From an uncultured bacterium (GTDB lineage Bacteria > UBP14 > UBA6098 > B30-G16): a stretch of 32,350 nucleotides of DNA. The position numbers and the translations under genes are program-made. The stretch covers positions 1 through 32,350 of the forward strand of contig CAZLTJ010000004.1 of NCBI GenBank assembly GCA_964562425.1, given 5' to 3'. Positions 26,846 to 32,350 of this stretch are shown in pieces; the stretch's first letter is position 1; each line of letters begins with the position of its first letter. The notes beneath the pieces were generated by a model. The model did no database searches. It was given only the letters and a program-made list of their open reading frames with translations, and was not told the DNA's origin.

Positions 26846-29800
26846 TTGAACATACCAGGATTATCAGTAAAGCGACCTGTTGCAATTACAATGATTATAG
26901 GAATTATAATTGTTTTAGGTCTTTTTTCCTTATATAACTTGAGTTTAGAACTCTTGCCGGACTTCAGTTATCCTGTAATATCTGTCATGACTACTTGGAA
27001 AGGTGCAGCACCTGAAGATGTTGAACGTATGCTCACGGAACCAATTGAAGAATTAATGTCTTCGATAAGCAAAGTAAAGTCGGTTAAATCGTTTTCCCGT
27101 GAAGGTGTTTCTGTCGTAATGGTTGAATTTGAGTGGGGTGCAAACCTAGATTTTTCAGCGCAAGATATCAGGAATCAAATTAGTTTATATAAAGCCTTTT
27201 TGCCTTCTGATGTTTCGGATCCTTTGGTTTTCAAGTTTGACATCTCAATGATGCCTGCTGGAGCCTTTGCCATAATTGGTGCAGGAAATCCTGAGAAATT
27301 GAGAAGAATTGCAGAGGATTTTATTAAGCATCGTCTTCAAAGGCTTGATGGTGTTGCCAGTGTTTCTCTATCTGGTGGCAGAAAAAATGAGATAAGGATT
27401 GAATTAGATAGAACTAGGTTGGAAGCATTGGGAATTAATGCTCAGCAAATCATAATGGCTCTTGCATTCAACAATGTAAATCTTCCTGCAGGATACCTTA
27501 CTCGACAGAATAAAGAGTATTTACTTCGAACCTATGGCGAATATAAATCGATTGAAGATATTAAAAATGTAATTGTTGGTCTTACAGAAGATTACCAACC
27601 TATCCATCTTATGGAAATAGCAAATGTTCGAAAAGGATTTAAGGATGTTCGAGGTGTGGCAAAAATAGATGATGAAGATGCAATTTGGTTAATGATTATG
27701 GAAGAGTCTGGGGCTAACACTGTTAGAGTAATGAATAAGGTGCTTAAGGAGGTTGAAGTACTAAGCAAAATTTTACCGTCAAATATAAAAATCATATCGT
27801 TGTTTGATATGTCGAAGATAATAAAAAAAGTTACGTATAAGACAAGCAGCAATGCAATAGTGGGTGCTATTCTGGCTGTTATAATGATATTCGTATTTTT
27901 AAGAACATGGAGACCAACCTTAGCTATTTCACTTGCAATTCCGTTTTCTGTTATTGCAACTTTCATACCGATTTATTTTTCTGGTTATTCGTTAAATTTA
28001 ATGACATTAGGTGGTTTAGCTCTTGGTGTGGGAATGTTAGTTGATAATGCTATCGTTGTCATAGAGAATATATACAGGAAGATTGAGGAAGGGGAAACAC
28101 GAAAAGTTGCTGCTAGCGAAGGTGCCTCACAAGTTGGGATGGCTATTACAGCATCGACATTAACAACAATAGCAGTTTTCGTTCCTATGATGCTTGTCCC
28201 AGGGATCACTGGAGAACTTTCAAGAGGATTAGCCTTACCGGTTACTTTCTCGCTTTTAGCTTCATTGTTCGTTGCAATGACATTAGTTCCAGTTATTGCT
28301 GCGCAAATTTTTAAAAAGAAGCATAAAAGAAGCATGGAAGGTACAGAATGGTTTAGAAGCATTCTCAACAGATACAGCATATTTCTACGATGGGTAGTTA
28401 AGCATAAAGGTTTAACAATTTTTTTAGCATTTATTCTTTTTGGAATATCTCTTGGACTTCTACCGTTTATTGGTGGTGAATTTTTACCGAAAATGGAACA
28501 AGAATTCGGTCAAGCATTATTTTACATGCCTCCAGGAAGCCCCATGGAACAGACTAAAAAAGTTGCGGAAGATCTTATTCAAGATGTAAAGGATGACCCG
28601 GATGTAATTCACTATGGATACACAGTAGGTTCTACAGAAGGCACTGAGTTTGATATAGCTTTCGGGAGTATGACCGGAGAAACTAATGAAGGAGCGATAA
28701 TTCTTGTATTCAATGAAAGGGGAGAAAGAACTCATTCTACGTCTGTGCCGATGAATAAAATGAGAGAGAATTTTCCTGTTCTATCAAATTCTAGATTTAT
28801 TGTGCAGGATATGTCACAAATGAGTTTTGGCAGTTCGGCGAATCCTATAGATGTTAAACTTTATGGAACTGACTTTAAAAAACTTAACGAATTAGCTGAA
28901 ATTATATCCGATGAAATGAATAGTAATCCGAATCTAACCGATGTCGATATTTCTTATAAAAAGGGGAAGCCGGAATTTAGAATTCTTGTGGATAGAGAGA
29001 AAGCTTCACGTTTTGGACTGAATATTTCGGAAGTTGCTAATGCAATAAGAACATATTCTATAGGTTCGCTTGCTGGAAGATATAATGATGATGGTAAATT
29101 TATAGATATTATTGTTTTGCTTAAGCCTGAGGAAAGATCGAATATGGCAGATATATTAAATCTCCCTATTGTTAATTCTGCAGGATTGGTAGTTCCGCTT
29201 TCTCAAGTTTCACATATTGAGGAAACAACCGGTCCGATTCAAATTGAGCGAGATGAAAAGCAGAGAAAGGTCTCTGTGACCGCTTCGGTGGTTGAGGGTG
29301 GAAAATTAAATAGAGAAGTGGGAAAAGTACAAAAGTATTTGAAAAACTTATCCAAACAAGAAGCAGTTTGGCCAGTGGATTATTCATATCACATTGGAGG
29401 AGCCGCTGAGGAATATAGAGACATGATTAATGCATTTTTAATAGCTATATTAGCAGCAATTCTTCTTGTTTACATGGTTATGGCAGCGCAGTTTGAATCG
29501 TTTCTTCATCCTTTAGTGATAATGTTTACACAGCCTATGGCAGCGATAGGTGTATTCTGGGCACTGTTTATTACCGGAAAGACTTTATCTATGCCTTCGT
29601 TTATGGGGATTATGATTCTGGCGGGTATTGTAGTCAACAATGGTATTGTTTTTATCGACTACATTAACCAACTAAGACGGAAGGGAATGGACAGAGACAA
29701 AGCCATTGAAAGAGCGGGAGTTGTAAGATTTAGACCAATTATTATCACGGCATTAACGACTATTCTGGGAATGTTACCTATGGCTATTTTTGTTACTGAG

Positions 29801-29965
29801 GGTTCCGAGATGAGAGCGCCTATGGCTGTTGCAGCAATTGGAGGTTTGATCAGTGCTACAGTGTTGACTCTATTAGTATTACCTGCAGGATATATTGTAG
29901 CGGATAATATTTCAGAAAAGCTAACAAAAAGAGTGAAAACTATTATCGGAACACATGAAGATTAA
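26846..29965 (+). CDS. RND efflux transporter permease (AcrB/SwrC-like, HAE1)
   Basis: KRPVA, GMLVDNAIVVIENI, QFESFLHP, GIVVNNGIVFID, RFRPIIITALTT; SD AAGGAGGA favours TTG 26846 over 26828. Confidence 0.95.
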   Translation: MNIPGLSVKRPVAITMIIGIIIVLGLFSLYNLSLELLPDFSYPVISVMTTWKGAAPEDVERMLTEPIEELMSSISKVKSVKSFSREGVSVVMVEFEWGANLDFSAQDIRNQISLYKAFLPSDVSDPLVFKFDISMMPAGAFAIIGAGNPEKLRRIAEDFIKHRLQRLDGVASVSLSGGRKNEIRIELDRTRLEALGINAQQIIMALAFNNVNLPAGYLTRQNKEYLLRTYGEYKSIEDIKNVIVGLTEDYQPIHLMEIANVRKGFKDVRGVAKIDDEDAIWLMIMEESGANTVRVMNKVLKEVEVLSKILPSNIKIISLFDMSKIIKKVTYKTSSNAIVGAILAVIMIFVFLRTWRPTLAISLAIPFSVIATFIPIYFSGYSLNLMTLGGLALGVGMLVDNAIVVIENIYRKIEEGETRKVAASEGASQVGMAITASTLTTIAVFVPMMLVPGITGELSRGLALPVTFSLLASLFVAMTLVPVIAAQIFKKKHKRSMEGTEWFRSILNRYSIFLRWVVKHKGLTIFLAFILFGISLGLLPFIGGEFLPKMEQEFGQALFYMPPGSPMEQTKKVAEDLIQDVKDDPDVIHYGYTVGSTEGTEFDIAFGSMTGETNEGAIILVFNERGERTHSTSVPMNKMRENFPVLSNSRFIVQDMSQMSFGSSANPIDVKLYGTDFKKLNELAEIISDEMNSNPNLTDVDISYKKGKPEFRILVDREKASRFGLNISEVANAIRTYSIGSLAGRYNDDGKFIDIIVLLKPEERSNMADILNLPIVNSAGLVVPLSQVSHIEETTGPIQIERDEKQRKVSVTASVVEGGKLNREVGKVQKYLKNLSKQEAVWPVDYSYHIGGAAEEYRDMINAFLIAILAAILLVYMVMAAQFESFLHPLVIMFTQPMAAIGVFWALFITGKTLSMPSFMGIMILAGIVVNNGIVFIDYINQLRRKGMDRDKAIERAGVVRFRPIIITALTTILGMLPMAIFVTEGSEMRAPMAVAAIGGLISATVLTLLVLPAGYIVADNISEKLTKRVKTIIGTHED

Positions 29966-30086
29966 AAGAATGGAATTAAGCGAATTGTACAATTAAAATT
30001 GTTCGGTATGCTTCAAAACGAGTATAAAAAATTGAATGTTCTTGCTAATGAATCTAATACAACTGAGTATAAAAATGTTAGTTTAT

Positions 30087-30827
30087 TTAATTGCCGATCT
30101 TCTTACAATATTTTTCCAACGTCATCAGTTGCTCAAATGAGTTTACACCCTCGACTTCTATTGAATTCTCGACGATTAATGCGGAAATTCTGTGCGCTTT
30201 TGTGCGAAGAATTTTGATGACATCGGTGAGATAGTATTCCTGCTGAACATTATCCGTTCGAATAATATTTAGTGCTGAGCGTAAGTGCTCAAGTTCAAAT
30301 GCGTATGTACCGGAATTGATTTCCTTGATTTTTTGCTGATTTTCGGTTGCATCTTTATATTCAACAATTGAAATAACACTATCATCATCGGAACGAATAA
30401 TTCTGCCGTATTGCTTTGGATTGTCCATAATTGCAGTAAGAATTGTGGCTGCTGCAGATGTTTCTTTGTGATAATTAATTAATCTCTTTATTGTTTTAGG
30501 AGATATTAATGGTACATCGCCGCAAAGCACAAGGACTGTTCCTTTGGAAGGCATTTCAGGTAATGCACATTTAACAGCATCCGCGGTACCTAACAGTTGT
30601 TTCTGAATTGCGATTGACATTTTCGGAAATTCTGGTCTTTCGTAAAGATGTTGGACAACCATATCTTTCATAAAGCCCACGACAACAGCAATTGTGTCGA
30701 TGCCAGCTTTATAAATGTTATCGAGCACTCTGTCTATAAGAGTTTTTCCAGCAAGAATATGAAGAACCTTTGGAATGTCAGATTTCATTCGATTTCCTTT
30801 ACCAGCAGCGAGTACTATTGCATTCAT
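30087..30827 (-). CDS. glmU: GlmU-like sugar-1-phosphate nucleotidyltransferase (uridyltransferase domain only)
   Basis: LAAGKGNRMKSDIPKVLH, QLLGTADAV, GDVPL, YGRI, EINSG, QQEYYLTD, GVN; SD GGAGGAGG before ATG 30827; no hexapeptide-repeat acetyltransferase domain. Confidence 0.85.
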   Translation of the reverse strand: MNAIVLAAGKGNRMKSDIPKVLHILAGKTLIDRVLDNIYKAGIDTIAVVVGFMKDMVVQHLYERPEFPKMSIAIQKQLLGTADAVKCALPEMPSKGTVLVLCGDVPLISPKTIKRLINYHKETSAAATILTAIMDNPKQYGRIIRSDDDSVISIVEYKDATENQQKIKEINSGTYAFELEHLRSALNIIRTDNVQQEYYLTDVIKILRTKAHRISALIVENSIEVEGVNSFEQLMTLEKYCKKIGN

Positions 30828-30967
30828 ATTACCTCCTCCTGTGAAGGGAAAAGTTATGACAATTAGAAAAAATTCCAAAGTATTTGTTAACTTGCTATCC
30901 TTAAAAAATCTAATAGGTTTTTTGAATACTGTTATTTTATTTTAATCGACTATATCGATGCGACAAA

Positions 30968-31855
30968 ATGAACGATTCAGAATACAGAGAAAATTTTGAG
31001 GAAGCCTTGCAATTTATGGCTAAGGGACAGGTCTTCGATGCGGAATTGAAGCTTCAGATTTTGCATTCTGAGTATCCAGAGGATTTCAAAGTTCTATCCA
31101 AATTAGGACTTATCAAGCTCTATAAAGCAGAATACGACGATGCTTTAATTCTTCTTGGCGAGGCTTTGCGAGTTCGTCCCAATGCAATTGAAATTGCAGG
31201 TATGGTATCTCTATCGTTAGCAAAGCTTAAAAGGCTTGATGAAGCAGCAGAATTCTTAGCATATTCAAAGGAACATGAGCAGATTGGAATGTGGGCAAAC
31301 AGAGCGGAAGCTGCTATTATGATCGAGCATGGTCTCTTTGATAGAGCGTTACAAATACTATTAATATTCACAACCGAAAATTCAGAACTAAGTTGGGATG
31401 TTCTTAACGATTTGGGGAGATGTTATTACGAACTTGGTGAGTTTTGTCATGCAGAAGAAGCTTTTACAAATGCCATAGAAAACGCGCAAAAAATTGGACT
31501 TAAAATCCCATTTTTATACTATAACATTGCTCTATGTCAGCTTGAAGCTGGGATGCGGGATGAGGCTAAGGATTCAATTTCTCAAGCATTGGAATTGGAT
31601 TCAGAATTGGCTATAGCGTGGTCTACGTTAGGCGTTCTGGTTGCTGAGGATGAAGATATTGGACGAGGCTTGGATTATCTCGAGAGAGCATTGAGAATCG
31701 AGCCAGAGGAGCCTACGCATTGGTATATGATAGCCAGAATTCATGAACTCAATGGAGATAGTGAAACTGCAGAACAACACATGCTCGAGGGTTATAGGGC
31801 ACTTCAGGCGCTTCAACCTGACCGGGAAATTCCTGATGGTTTGAGAAATGGATAA
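30968..31855 (+). CDS. Tetratricopeptide repeat protein
   Basis: Multiple TPR-pattern helices (e.g. LNDLGRCYYELGEF, AWSTLG, HWYMIARI); no signal peptide. Confidence 0.85.
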   Translation: MNDSEYRENFEEALQFMAKGQVFDAELKLQILHSEYPEDFKVLSKLGLIKLYKAEYDDALILLGEALRVRPNAIEIAGMVSLSLAKLKRLDEAAEFLAYSKEHEQIGMWANRAEAAIMIEHGLFDRALQILLIFTTENSELSWDVLNDLGRCYYELGEFCHAEEAFTNAIENAQKIGLKIPFLYYNIALCQLEAGMRDEAKDSISQALELDSELAIAWSTLGVLVAEDEDIGRGLDYLERALRIEPEEPTHWYMIARIHELNGDSETAEQHMLEGYRALQALQPDREIPDGLRNG

Positions 31856-32099
31856 ATTTGTAAAAAAAAACTACAATAATTAAAGAACATTTTTGATTGA
31901 CCGGTTTCCAGACGTACAAAAATTTGATTCGTGGCTTTCGATAGCAATATTACGACATTCTCAAAGCGCTTAAATAGAGTTTTATACTATCCTACTCAAT
32001 AAAATCGCAGATTAAAAAAATGGCTGTTTACCTCTTGACTTGAACTTTGTTTTATTATAATTTCAATGGCTGGATCGAAGCAAATGGTCGACCAAATGT

Positions 32100-32185
32100 G
32101 GAGGGCTAGTCTAATTGGTAAGGCAGCGGATTTGAAATCCGCCGGGATGTTAACTCCCTTCGGGGTTCGAGTCCCCGGCCCTCCG
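32100..32185 (+). tRNA. tRNA-Ser (anticodon TGA), class II with long variable arm; CCA not encoded
   Basis: Acceptor GGAGGGC/GCCCTCC, D-arm GTCT/AGGC, anticodon stem GCGGA/TCCGC with loop TTTGAAA, T-arm CGGGG-TTCGAGT-CCCCG, discriminator G. Confidence 0.95.
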
Positions 32186-32350
32186 ATTAGAATAATAATT
32201 TTTAAAATAGCCTTAATTCACAACAAATTCGCTTTTATTTCTCAATTTCATTATTTCTCTATATAATTCATGTTGAATTCTTAATAAGTAATAACATAAT
32301 AAATAACGCATGATTCACCTCTTTTACTTCATCCAAAAAATTTTACTTGT

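Noticed and set aside
30020-30075. GAGTATAAAAA repeated at 30020 and 30065
   Set aside because: Short, AT-rich, only two copies between convergent genes; compatible with chance.
671-31816. Numerous short ORF-track entries (e.g. 671..889, 1464..1673, 2048..2521, 4264..4623, 7040..7402, 27592..28380, 29999..30217)
   Set aside because: They are antisense or off-frame shadows of well-supported genes, or overlap promoters and terminators; no SD or domain support.
32100-32185. tRNA-Sec (TCA) on the minus strand
   Set aside because: D- and T-loop consensus sequences are correctly ordered only on the plus strand; canonical 7/5 fold with TGA anticodon indicates Ser.
32066-32266. 66-aa ORF overlapping the tRNA
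   Set aside because: Shadow ORF across the GC-rich tRNA gene; no SD or recognisable motif.

Overview
AT-rich bacterial chromosomal window, mostly housekeeping and cell-envelope genes. The PorX-like regulator and surface-protein motifs suggest an FCB-group-like, probably uncultured lineage (inference). Left to right: a secreted protein with Cys-paired ~70-78 aa tandem repeats, truncated by the window edge and absent from the ORF track; an orphan basic ORF under a complete sigma-54 promoter with tandem NtrC-type enhancer sites; leuS; a B12-radical SAM/DUF2344 fusion; a partial type IV pilus cluster (pilT-pilC-pilS, without pilB, pilR or pilA); a 1343-aa FG-GAP surface protein; a PorX/PglZ response regulator preceded by a sigma-54 motif; an ABC-2 exporter and methyltransferase; a WcaJ-type priming glycosyltransferase; secG; dgt; TPR and membrane proteins; a lone RND permease with tandem operator-like palindromes; a uridyltransferase-only GlmU; a TPR protein; and tRNA-Ser(TGA). 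No mobile element, CRISPR array or rRNA was seen. The most notable observations are the repeat protein, the sigma-54/enhancer unit driving an orphan gene, D-(S/T)-X sequon enrichment in exported proteins, and a recurring 16-bp sigma-70 spacer. Family assignments come from motif recognition only; no searches were run.
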